DNA of 64,000 nucleotides from Octopus sinensis (Eukaryota), in assembly GCF_006345805.1 (NCBI RefSeq), contig NC_042999.1, positions 21,452,001-21,516,000 of the forward strand, given 5' to 3'. Shown one piece after another: positions 26,128-38,427 of the stretch. Below the pieces are notes generated by a model. The model was not told the origin of the DNA, did not search any database, and was given only the letters and a program-made list of their open reading frames with translations. Within the stretch, counting starts at the first letter, position 1. Each line of letters begins with the position of its first letter. Position numbers and translations under genes: made by a program.

Positions 26128-26620
26128 TCTAGTTTCAGCTCACGAGCTGTGGCCATGCTGGGGCACCGCCATTTGGTGTTGCTACATGATTTTACTTCAC
26201 GAATGCTTTTTAGCAACTGCCATTTGGTGCATGAGAGAGTTCGACGCAGCTGCCCTCATCTGCACCTCCTGCCGTGAAGTTGGTTCATCCGGGACACCTG
26301 ACAGGAATAGATCCAGTCCTACTTTAAAGACATATAATGGCATATCTTTCTCGCCTACGCTCCAAAGAATAGAGTTTTAATCTCTTGAGTCTTTCCCAGT
26401 AGCTTATATGCTACACAGAGGCTATCTTCTTCGTGTAGCTACGTTGGATCGCCTCAAGTTCTGTGATCAACTTGACACTGGATGGTGACCATAGCTGAGA
26501 GCAATAGTCAAAGTGGCTTAGGACAAGTGTCCTGCAGAGGACCATCATGGTTTCTTGGTCTCTTGTTCTAAAGGTTCTAAGAATCCATCCGGCCAGCCGT
26601 CTACATTTCATTGCCAATTT
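26128..26620 (-). pseudogene. CR1-type LINE 3' end (ORF2 C-terminus with internal deletion, plus 3' UTR)
   Basis: WILRTF...LVLSHFDYCSQLWSP...ELEAIQRSYTK, YWERLKRLKLYSLERRRERY, then FKVGLDLFLSGVPDEP...NSL and a stem-loop tail. Confidence 0.9.
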
Positions 26621-26676
26621 AGCAACAATTTATATATATATATATTGGAAGGTTTGGAGCTGATGTATAGGTGTTT

Positions 26677-26936
26677 TATATTAGAAGAAATGAGGTACTC
26701 AGAAATTCGGATGGTTTTATATTTACAGATATTTATTTGTATATTACATGTTTTTATACATCATATAACTTAGATCATATATTAGCGCTTTCTCCTAATA
26801 TATTATCGCACCTAATATATGAAAGCGCTAATATATGATCTAAGTTATATAATGTATAAAAACATGTAATATACAAATAAATATCTGTAAATATAAAACC
26901 ATCCGAATTTCTGAGTACCTCATTTCTTCTAATATA
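26677..26936. repeat. Fold-back inverted repeat, 116-bp arms, 28-nt spacer
   Basis: 26677-26792 pairs with 26821-26936 with one mismatch. Confidence 0.92.
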
Positions 26937-28969
26937 TGTATATATATTTACATCTGAGAGAATAAAAGAGAGAAAGAAAAAGAGAGAGAAAGACAGACAG
27001 GTATTCAGGTAGACAGATAGATATGTTTCTTTATTAGCCACACAGGGCTGCACACAGACAGGACAAATTACAAGGTAGAGCTTTTCTTTTGGGGGTAAAA
27101 AAAAAGGGGGTTTGGTTTTCGATCAAAAGGGATCGTAAAAGGAAAGAAACAGGACAAAAAGTGGGGGATAACATTTTTTTAAAAAAAGGGGGGGAGGGAA
27201 AGGAAAAAAATGATCAATAGGGATCGTTATCACAGAAATGTCAATATGAAGTGTAAAGGGGAGGACAGATGAGGTTTACCCGTCGAAAGAAAAGCCTACG
27301 GAAAAGACCACGGTAACCTCGGTCAATGAAGTCACATGTTATATTTCTTTTTTTCTTTTTTTTTTGCAAATAAGCAACTCTCTGTATTAATTTTTACGGT
27401 TCATAGAATCATAGTCAAGGTGGCTTCGTCATTCATACGTGCCATCCTTACTACATTCACCCATCTTTTTTTTAAACATTCACTAGACAAAACTTGCCTC
27501 TCTACTCTCACTTTCCTCTTCAAGTGATACAGACAGGTAGATAGATAGATAGATCTCTCAAAAGGGCGAAATTTGTATAAGTATCTGAATCACGGGTGTC
27601 TATAGTCAAATACTAATAATTATCCTGTATATCAGTTTAAACATCAGTTTATATACGGTATTTCCTTCATCGTCCCTCTACATGTAAATACAAAGAAAAC
27701 TGCACTTTTATATATCGGTATCCGGCGAATTTGTCAACAACAATTCATCTACGGATACAATTCATCTACAACCACACATGTACACACACACGCATACAAT
27801 CACACATACAACCACACACAGATAAATTCTCGTTGATGAATTGCTGTAGACGAATTCACCTAGAACCTTATATATCTCGTTCCTTTCCTGGTTTTGTGCA
27901 TAATTGATGCAACAGGGAATACCTGCATCTTTTCCCGCGTTGTTGTACGCTGCTTTTTGCCTCTTGTATTCCGATGGCATCTTTTATTGAATGGTAGACT
28001 TCCTTCGCCACATCGTTTACCACCATCGTTTTACCTTTTGTTGAATGTAACAGAGTCATGGCTCATGGCTCTCAGGTGAAGTTCTTCCTTTCGTCTCCCT
28101 AACTTTAATTAGAAGCCAATTAAAATTCTTATAACGTCTCAATTTCTTCTTTGATTAAGCAAGAACTAGACATAACCACTCCATCGATGCAAATACTATT
28201 TCCTTTCACTAATAAATGTAGACTATCTACTTACGGTTTGCACTGAAATGTTGTCACTCTCCCATATACTTCAAAACTATGCCAAACATACACAATAACC
28301 TGCGTATAACATGCTATCTGTTCCGTATTGCGTAAGAAGTTTTAGAAGAAATGTCTTTCATAACCCAATAGTTAGTAAATAACGAGTTACTTATGAAAGC
28401 TAATAAGCCTCTTGAATTCTCGATAAGCATGGTTTCAGAAAATTAAAATGCTATCAAAGTTAATGGGTGACGTAGTTAATCCAATAAATTATATTTCATG
28501 AGAGGAAGTAAATTGAATATTTAGGCCTTTATATTGGAAAAGCTAAACCTTATCTAAAATCTAAGTGCTTCTCCATAAACAAGAATTTTAGTTAAGTTTA
28601 AGTGAAGATTATATATATATTTTTTTTCTTCAACCATAAATTTACGCTTCCCTTGAAAGCTTACACGGCAGGTTGTTGATAATTCTCATCATCGCTTTGT
28701 ATACTGAGCTTTCTCTGTATCGAGCCCGCTCTAATTTGGTGAGCTCTGGGTTCACTTTCCTCTCCAACCCTCACTTTGTTACACATCAACGACATGATCG
28801 TCATTACCTCCGAAATGTCAACTAAATATTAAAGTATGTAGTCCTACCTATCGATTATATTTCAATTGTTCGCTTTGCGTATTAAATAAAATATTTTGAA
28901 AATTGTATGCGGCTATTTATTTCATGCATGTTTGTATATAGATATACATGCGTGTATGTGTGTGTATAC

Positions 28970-29120
<151 letters not shown>

Positions 29121-29979
29121 CATTAACCTAAGATTAATTTTATAGATTTTGAGATAAAGCAAAATAATTCTTCTATGGAGCAGGAGATCTCAACTCATTT
29201 GAAGTTGTAGATAATAGGATGTAATTATTGAATTGAAAAAGACTTTTGGTTAAGCTCTTCTATTCGACTTTTTCTAACCAATAATATTATAGGACCCAAA
29301 TATTTTCATGTTTTTAAACAGAGCTTTAGTGTTTTCAAATTCATTGATCTACAACAAAACTATTTCAAGTTCTCTCAAAAGTATATTAATTTTTATGGCG
29401 TCAAAAAATTACAATTCTCTATGGTAAAATAAAAGCCAAGGAAGAGAATCAACAGATTCTAGTCCCGTCCGACCTGGTCCCTCGGAAAGGAAGCTTCACT
29501 GTTTGAAGAAATTTGTTGAAAACGAACCTCGTTCGAAGGCTTCTGACGTTGTAAAACAGCTAGAAGTTAGTTCAAAGTTTTAAAACGAATTGAGAAATCT
29601 GGAAGAATATTTTGGTCCAGTGGTAGAAAGCCTCTCATATCCACATGTGGTATGGGTTTATGTCCCACAGCTACATTCCCACTTATTTTTTTTTCTATCC
29701 AACATATACATGCTATCATTTATAGCTTTTATTTTCCATGACAAACAGACGAGAGGAACAGGGAAACATATTGACAGGCACATAGATAAATAGACTCATT
29801 GATTGAAAGATAGGTGGATAAATATATAAAGTGAGAGCGAGTACATGCAGTAATTATTTTACAATTATATTTTCGACATAGTTTTAACTAAAGAAGACGA
29901 ATATAAGACTTATATTTAAGATTGATTTAATCTTATGCTGATGCAGACAGGTTTTTCTCTATATGCATAGAAAGTAATA

Positions 29980-30389
29980 GGCGCAGGAGTGGCTGTGTGG
30001 TAAGTAGCTTGCTAACCAACCACATGGTTCCGGGTTCAGTCCCACTGCGTGGCATCTTGGGCAAGTGTCTTCTGCTATAGCCCCGGGCCGACCAATGCCT
30101 TGTGAGTGGATTTGGTAGACGGAAACTGAAAGAAGCCTGTCGTATATATGTATATATATATGTATGCGTATGAGTGTTTGTGTGTGCGTGTTTGTCCCCC
30201 TAGCATTGCTTGAAAAGCGATGCTGGTGAGTTTACGTCCCCGGCACTTAGCGGTTCGGGAAAAGAGACCGGTAGAATAAGTACTGGGCTTACAAAGAATA
30301 AGTCCCGGGGCCGATTTGCTCGACTCTAAAGGCGGTGCTCCAGCATGGCCGCAGCCAAATGACTGAAACAAGTAAAAGAGTAAAGAGTA
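29980..30389 (+). mobile_element. SINE family A, full length
   Basis: Same organisation as 25210-25600. Confidence 0.92.
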
Positions 30390-30740
30390 ATGAAATATAT
30401 TTTCCAATTTTTACCAGGGTAGTTTATATTTGTATCCTATGAACTTAGAATGACTTTAATGGCAAATATTCGTATAGGACTTGCAAAATCGGCAATATTG
30501 AAACTATTAAAATTGTGCGCTGCATTATCATAAATTAAATTATAAAGCCTCATTTTGACACATTTGCTCGCCTTCTACATAGAATAACAATATTTATATA
30601 TGTAAACAAAATTCAATATGTATGATAACGTTCTCTCTGCGTTTGCTTTCAGAAATAGTCGTCTGTGTTTCTATAAGCTCATACACAAATACAGGCACAT
30701 ATATTCAGACGCTTAAACACTCACATACATTCACATATCC

Positions 30741-30810
<70 letters not shown>

Positions 30811-30940
30811 TAATTCGTCATACATTCACATACTTGCATGTATATATGAGGTGTGGTGGTGTGTGTGAATGTATGTATGACGATGTATATAGTCGTTCAC
30901 ACTTACACTCAAATATATATATAATCACACCTGCGTGCGC

Positions 30941-31176
30941 ATACATTCGCATATAGATTGAAGGAATTACTTAATTAAATATATAATATATGCCATGTTG
31001 TATATTATATATATTATATATATATATATATAATACATTCGCATATAGTTGAAGGAATTACTTAATATAAAATATAAATGCATGTGTATAATATATTATA
31101 TATTAATATATATATATATATATATATACATTCGCATATAGATTTGAGGAATTACTTATATAATATATATATATGA

Positions 31177-31231
<55 letters not shown>

Positions 31232-31320
31232 ATATATATACATTCGCAATAGATTTGAAGGATACTTAATAAAATATATAATATATGCATGTGTATATAT
31301 ATATATATATATATATTATA
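30941..31320 (+). repeat. Four tandem units of about 92-112 bp (atacattcgcatatagattgaaggaattactt...)
   Basis: Units start near 30941, 31033, 31126 and 31238. Confidence 0.85.
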
Positions 31321-31686
31321 GATAATATATATACATACATATATATATATATATATATACGTGTCTGTGTGTGTGTTATGCATATATGCATGTATGGCTG
31401 CTTGAATGTGCGGCTGTGATTATGGCGTCGCACATGCATTGAAAATATATTTACGGTTTCCCATTATATATATCTATGTGTAGAACTAGTAAATGCTTCT
31501 AGTAAATACGATTATTTGTTTCTTAATGCAACTTTGTATAATAGAGAAGGAAAATCCAATAGGCTTCCTTTTTTTCCACGATAACTTTAATGTAATGAAT
31601 AAATTTCAGATAGAAATTAAATTTATAAATATGGAAGATAACAACAAGCCATTATAGATAAACGCACCTACACGCACATACATTCA

Positions 31687-31759
<73 letters not shown>

Positions 31760-31904
31760 TATATATATATCTATGTGAGTGTGTGTTTGTGGTGTGGTGT
31801 GTATTATGTATGTATATGTATGTATATAATATATGTATATATATTGTATAATATATATATATATGTATATATATGTATATATGTATATATATATGTAATA
31901 TATG

Positions 31905-31935
<31 letters not shown>

Positions 31936-32039
31936 ATATATGTATATATATATATGTATATATATATATGTAATATATATATGTATATATATATATATAT
32001 GTACATATATATGTATATTATATATATATATATAATATG

Positions 32040-32080
<41 letters not shown>

Positions 32081-32160
32081 CATCTGTCTGTCTGTCTCTC
32101 TCTTTGTATATATATATATATGTATATACATCTGTCTGTCTGTCTCTCTCTTTGTATATA

Positions 32161-32196
<36 letters not shown>

Positions 32197-32927
32197 TAGA
32201 CACAAACACACACACACGTTCATATGTATGATTCAAACAATTTCCGACTCTTGTGCGTCTGCAAGAATTGATAAACGGGTCCCTCAAATATTACACCTTC
32301 TTCTCGTTGCATTGAATACCTTCAAATTGAAAACATAATCGTGTATTCTTAATTGAAATCAAAATTCATGAGCATTAGGCTTCTTGTTAGATTTCCGTTG
32401 CAAATTAACTTACGTACGCTGCGTATTAAATCCTAACTTGGAAATTTATGAAGTTTTCAGAATATTTATATATGTCTTAAGAAATGCACACGTGACAGTT
32501 AGGATGTGTATGTCGAAAGGTGTAAGCACACCAGTATTACCGTGTATGTGAGAATGTGCATATGGATGTATGTGTTTGGAGCCAGGACAAATACGTGAAG
32601 CATTTTATTGGCTTGTCGTCATTAAGCGAGTTGTACGTGGAATGCCATTGTTTGGAGACGATTGATTTTCTTGTTAATCGGTCTCTCCCGGTCTTTCATG
32701 GAGATGCGTGTATATGTTTATGCGCGTACACACACACACTATGTCTGTGTGTATGTATATATATATATATATGGGGGGGGAGTGCGTATGTATGTATATG
32801 TGTGTGTATTATATGTATATATATGTGTGCATATATAACTTTGTATATATACATATATACATATGGAATAGATACAATATTTAAGTATATATACACATAC
32901 ATGCACTTATAAATGTATGTATATATA

Positions 32928-32977
<50 letters not shown>

Positions 32978-33170
32978 TGGTGTTTATACATGTATATATG
33001 CTTTGTATATATTGTATATATATGTGTTTGTATATATATGTATATATATAATATGTCTTTGTGTATGTGTATATATGTATATATGTATATATATGTATAT
33101 ATGTATATATAATATATATTATATATATATATATTATATATTATATAATATATATATATATATATATACA

Positions 33171-33660
33171 CTCTTTACTGTTTTACTTGTTTCAGCCATG
33201 CTGGAGCACCGCCTTTGATCGAGCAACTGGACCCCAGGACTTATTCTTTGTAAGCCTAGTACTTAATCTATCGGTCTCTTTTGCCGAACTGCTAAGTGAC
33301 GAGGCCATAAACACACCAGCATTGGTTGTCAAGCAATGCTAGGGGGACGAACACAAACATACACGCATGGATATATATACATATATATATACGACGGTCT
33401 TCTTTCAGTTTCCGCCTACCAAATCCACTCACAAGGCTTTGATCGGCCTGAGGCTATAGTAGTAGACACTTGCCGAAGGTGCCACGCAGTGGGACTGAAC
33501 CCGGAACCAAGTGGTTGGTAAACAAGCTACTTACCACACAGCTACTCCTGTAAGCGTGTCTGTGTTGCAAGAAGGTTGCTTCCCAGCCACATGGTTCAGT
33601 GTTCAGTCCCACTGCGTGACATCTTGGCCGAGTGTCTTCTGCCCTAGCTTTGGCCCAATC
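33171..33660. mobile_element. SINE family A on minus (33171-33550), head-to-head with a family A head on plus (33551-33660)
   Basis: Family motifs on both strands. Confidence 0.85.
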
Positions 33661-34004
33661 AAAAGTACATAATGGAAATACTTCGCTGAAAAGTGCGTAA
33701 GAAATCTCCTTTTCGCCTTTTTCCGGGCTTAGTCACGCTGTTTCCGGGTTTAGCCATTGCGCTACTGAATTCTACCAAGAAAATAAAGCTACTCTACTAT
33801 TTGCCGGTGATTATATAACTCTCATCGACGATTTGAGTTTAATATACAATATAATGGGGGTACCCAAAGGTAACCAGAAACGTTCGCTGTGAGGCAAGGC
33901 CTTTGTAGTTCAGACTTCCGCCGCTAGAAGCCAATTAATGCCACCCTCAGGTTTCAGTCTGTCGACCAGCATCGTAGGCTGCGGTTGTACCGCCATGTGG
34001 TGCG

Positions 34005-34113
34005 TTATTATTTTGCCGGCCGGGTGACATGTTTAGCGGTATTTCGTCTGTCTTTACGTTCTGAGTTCAAATTCCGCCGAGGTCGACTTTGCCTTTCATC
34101 CTTTCGGGATCGA
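34005..34113 (+). mobile_element. SINE family B, 3'-truncated
   Basis: gttctgagttcaaattccgccgaggtcgactttgcctttcatcctttcgg. Confidence 0.8.
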
Positions 34114-34281
34114 CAATATACTGCATTTAGATACGCCGAGTTTTATTTTGGTGTGAACGATCAGTTTGGAAATGTTCGTCAAATGGTTGAGCCATAGAAT
34201 ATTATTGTGGTTATAGGTAGATAAACACGTAATATACAAGCTGAAAAATGTAAAAGTACCTGGGAGAATAAATACACACAA

Positions 34282-34678
34282 CTAGCAGTATCGCCCGGCG
34301 TTGCTCGTATTTGTAAGGGAAATAACTATATAAGCATTTTTAGAGAGTTATAGCCAAAAAAATAGCAAAAAATGCATTAAAAATGGGAAAAAATGATGGT
34401 AAATTTTTTTTAAATCGTCGACTCATCGTAGACATTTTTAGAGAGTTACTTCCCTTATATAACAGCGAAAAAAATGCATTAAAATGGAAAAAAATGATGG
34501 CAAATTATTTTTAAAATCGTAGACTCATCCTAGACAAGCGCTAATACCCAGAAGGGCTCGATATGAATCACGACTATAAGATACCCGGTTTTGGTTAAAC
34601 TGCACCGCAAAATGTGGGAGTAGTTAGGAATCTAAATCGTAGGAGACAGACACACAACTTGACTTTTATATATAAAGA
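34282..34678 (-). mobile_element. Non-autonomous Helitron
   Basis: A|TCTTTATATATA...CTAG|T termini on the minus strand; internal duplication of the aaatgcattaaaaatgg...atcgtagactcatc block. Confidence 0.88.
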
Positions 34679-35249
34679 TATATACATATATTTTGATTAG
34701 AATTTCATTACACACACGAAATCGAACCAGTACACATAGAACGTAATGAGAAAGCAATACCATTAACTTATCTAATCTTAAGCACGAACGCTTTTGTAAG
34801 TATGATCTTGATAGTGACTCACTTGTACATGAACCACAACATCGCCACCACGTGCAAGGTTTGAACAGGATCTAAATATCACGAATTGTCACTGCATTTA
34901 AATGCGAAGAGACATTTACGTAACAGCTGTTATAAGTTTTAACAGCTGAAGTAACATGTTTTGGTCAGCATGTCACCTTTTATGCATTAACGATGAATAA
35001 GCATATGCGCTATTGAGTGTATGTGTGTGTGGGGGGGGGGTTTACACTTGTACAAGAAAAGAGTTCACTGTGTCTTCGACGTTTCGGCCTGCTGGCATCA
35101 TTATACCAATCGTGATGTAGGCTGCCTAGCAGGCCAAATATTCCACGTTACTGTTACATCTTTTTTTTAAACGGATAATAAATTTTAAAAGTAATTCTTT
35201 ATTACAACTCGATAGGAATAGTAGTATTAATAATATTATATATATGTTA

Positions 35250-35998
35250 AGGCGCCGAGGTGGCAGAAACTTTAGCACGCCGGGCGAAATGATTTGTGGT
35301 ATTTCGTCTGCCGTTACGTTCTGAGTTCAAATTCCGCCGAGGATGACTTTGCCTTTCATCCTTTCGGGGTCGATTAAATGAGTACCAGTTACGCACTGGA
35401 GCCGATATAATCGACTTAATGCGTTTGTCTGCCCTTGTTTGTCCTCTCTGCATTTAGCCCCTTGTAGCTAGTGTAGAAATCGGTATTTGGTCTGCCGCTA
35501 CGTTCTGATTTCAAATTCCGCTGAGATCGACTTTGCTTTTCATTCTTTCGGCGTCGATAAATCAAACCCCAGTTACGCACTGGGGTCGATGTAATCGACT
35601 TAATGCGTTCGTCTGTCCTTGTTTGTATCCTCTGTGTTTAGCCGCTTGTGGGTAGTAAAGAAATAGGTATTTCGTCTGTCTTTGTGTTCTGAGTTCAAAT
35701 TCAGCCGAGGTCGACTTTGCCTTTCATTCTTTCGGGGTCGATAAATTAAGTACCAGTTATGCACTTGGGTCGATGTAATCGACTTAATCCGTTTGTCTGT
35801 TCCTCGTTTGTCCCCTCTGCGTTTAGCCCCTTGTGAGCAGTAAAGAAATAGTTATTTCGTCTGTCTTTACGTTCTGAGTTCAAATTCCGCTGGAGGACGA
35901 TTTTGCCTTTCATCCTTTCGGGGTCAATAAACTAAGTATCAGCTGCATACTGGTGTCGATCTAACTGAACCTTGTCTCGAAAAATTTCGGGCTTTGTG
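35250..35998 (+). mobile_element. SINE family B tetramer (one head, three body+T1 units, final body+T2 unit)
   Basis: g(g/t)tatttygtc unit starts at about 35299, 35481, 35666 and 35851; period 183-185 bp. Confidence 0.9.
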
Positions 35999-36032
35999 TC
36001 TTGAGCTGAAAAGATAAATATTATATATGTTT

Positions 36033-36250
36033 AAGGCGGTGAGACTTGCCGAATCGTTAGCATGTCAGACAAAATGCTGAGAAGGGTTGCGTTCGTTTTT
36101 ACGTTCTGGGTTTAAATTCCACGCAGAGATCGATCTTGCCTTTCATTCTTCCGAAGTCGATACAGTAAGTACCGGTGGAGCACTGGGGTCGATGTATAGG
36201 ACTTACGCCCACCTCGAAGTTTCTCACCATACGCCAAAATTTGAACCCAA
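36033..36250 (+). mobile_element. Degenerate SINE family B
   Basis: Recognisable head and core. Confidence 0.7.
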
Positions 36251-36283
36251 TATTATCTGTTTATTACTAAATGTAATATATAT

Positions 36284-36329
<46 letters not shown>

Positions 36330-36401
36330 ATATAGTGTCTGTGTGGTGAGAGGCTAGCTTCCGAACGACTTTGTTGCGGTTTGAAAATGAAAAGAGCCCG
36401 T

Positions 36402-36443
<42 letters not shown>

Positions 36444-36493
36444 AAATACAGACTGGGATAAGAACGCAAAACATTTTGAAGACGATACAAAAA

Positions 36494-36530
<37 letters not shown>

Positions 36531-36657
36531 ATATATATAGGTAAAGTCAAAAAGAGGGTGAAAAATTGGATATTAATTTATTAACATCAATTTAAACACT
36601 TTAAACACCAGTGGCCTAGCGTATAAAAGACTGAAATTCAGTAAATATTATTAATAC

Positions 36658-36770
36658 ACAACTATGAGAGAGAATCCACTATGTGGACGATCTAACGCTA
36701 GATATAGTCCCTTTGCGGATCTATATCAAGCATAAGAGAGTCCACATTGTGGATTCTCTCTCATAGTTGT
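36658..36770. repeat. Inverted repeat, 31-bp arms, 51-nt spacer
   Basis: 36658-36688 pairs with 36740-36770 with one mismatch. Confidence 0.85.
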
Positions 36771-36819
36771 ATATATATATATACATATGTGTGTGTGTGT
36801 GCGCGCGCGCGCGTGTACA

Positions 36820-37022
36820 CATATGTATGTGTTCTCCCCACAACATCGCTTGACAACCAATGCTGTTGTGTTTACGTCCATTTAACTTAGCGGTTCGTAA
36901 AAGAGACCGATAGAATAATTACTAGGCTTACAAAAAATAAGTGCTGGGGTCGATGTGCTCGACTCTAAATGCGGTGCTCCAGCATGGCCACAGTCAAATG
37001 ACTGAAACAAGTAAAATAATAA
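36820..37022 (+). mobile_element. SINE family A 3' half
   Basis: Family body and tail. Confidence 0.85.
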
Positions 37023-37059
37023 CAGATTAAAATACATATACACGTATATATATATCTAT

Positions 37060-37268
37060 TTCTTTACTGCCCACAAAGGGCTAAACACGGAGAGGACAAA
37101 CAAGGACAGACAAACGGATAAGTCGATTATATCGACCCCAGTGCGTAACTGGTACTTATTTAATCGACCCCGAAAGGATGAAAGGCAAAGTCGACCTCGG
37201 CGGAATTTGAACTCAGAACGTAGCGACAGACGAAATACTACTAAGCATTTCGCCCGGCGCGCTAACGT
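37060..37268 (-). mobile_element. SINE family B monomer with tail T1
   Basis: Full head, core and T1 tail. Confidence 0.9.
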
Positions 37269-37482
37269 TTCTGCCAGCTCGCCGCCTTTACACGTATATA
37301 TATATATCGCTAGCTAAGTTGATCGCTATGGAGAATTTTATTAGAAAGTTTGCTTAGAGTGTTTTTTGTCTTCTTTTTCTGAAAGATTCTGCTATTTGTG
37401 TTTTGATTTCAAATACTACACTTGTCGAATTTGATTTTCATGATTGGAGGATTGTAAGAGATGTCCCGTACATGGGACTCAC

Positions 37483-37544
37483 CTCTCTGTATCTTTCTTT
37501 GTAACTGACATTGTCTATTCTGGTATAGCCGACTTCAGGCTTAC
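37483..37544 (-). CDS. Candidate 62-nt internal coding exon, product unknown
   Basis: Acceptor ctattcattttcag, donor GAG|GTGAGT, only one open frame (xKPEVGYTRIDNVSYKERYRE); no homology recognised. Confidence 0.3.
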
Positions 37545-38027
37545 CTGAAAATGAATAGGTGCCAGGAGGTTTCAAAGTGTCCAAGACACGTTGTATTTCA
37601 CAATGGTGCAGCACTTTACATGAATTACCGGAAGAACAATGATTACCAATTATTTAGGTATTAAGATGCACTTAAATAGTATTCTGTACGTTCATAAAAA
37701 AAAACGGACGATATATATTTATATATATATATAAATAAATATATATAGTTATTCTCGTTTATCACTAATTTTTCATTGATCAGTGATTCGGAATAACGCG
37801 ATATACGAATTGTGAAATTTATTATGTTCTATTATTCATTTATCATTAATTCACTTAACACGGTGTTCTTGTAACCAAACAGCCCCGATAAACGAGGAGA
37901 AACTTAATATGTTAATATATCTGGGTCTAAATCAAATTGTACTCAATGCGTTCTGTGACCTTAAGCAGTAGCCTTCCTTACAATACGCCTCATTATTCTG
38001 TCATATCTCATATTTTTTTATATATTA

Positions 38028-38427
38028 CTAGCAGTATCGCCCGGCGTTGCTCGGGTTTGCAAGGGAAATAACTATATAATCATTTTTAGAGATGTAAAGT
38101 ATTATAGCCATCTCAATATGGCTAACCACAAAAGGGGGAGGGTGTTACTGTAGTTTTTTACGTTCTGAGATTTAATAATAAATTTTTAGAGAGTTACTTC
38201 CCTTGTATATTCCAAAAATGCATTAAAAATGGAAAAGATTGATGGTAATTTTTTTTTTAAATCGTAGACTCATCGTAGACGCGCGCTAATACCCAGAAGG
38301 GCTCGATATGAATCCCGACTATATGATACCCGGTTTTGGTTAAATTGCACCGCAAAATGTGGGAGTAGTTAGGAATCTAAATCGTAGGAGACAGACACTC
38401 ACACAACCTCACTTTTATATATAAAGA
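38028..38427 (-). mobile_element. Non-autonomous Helitron, intact ends
   Basis: TC...hairpin...CTAG on the minus strand, AT target. Confidence 0.9.

Noticed and set aside
35070-35145. Minus-strand ...aatgatgccagcaggccGAAACGTC as a hammerhead
   Set aside because: The core reads ATAATGA rather than CTGANGA and stem I does not pair; at best it is a decayed relic.
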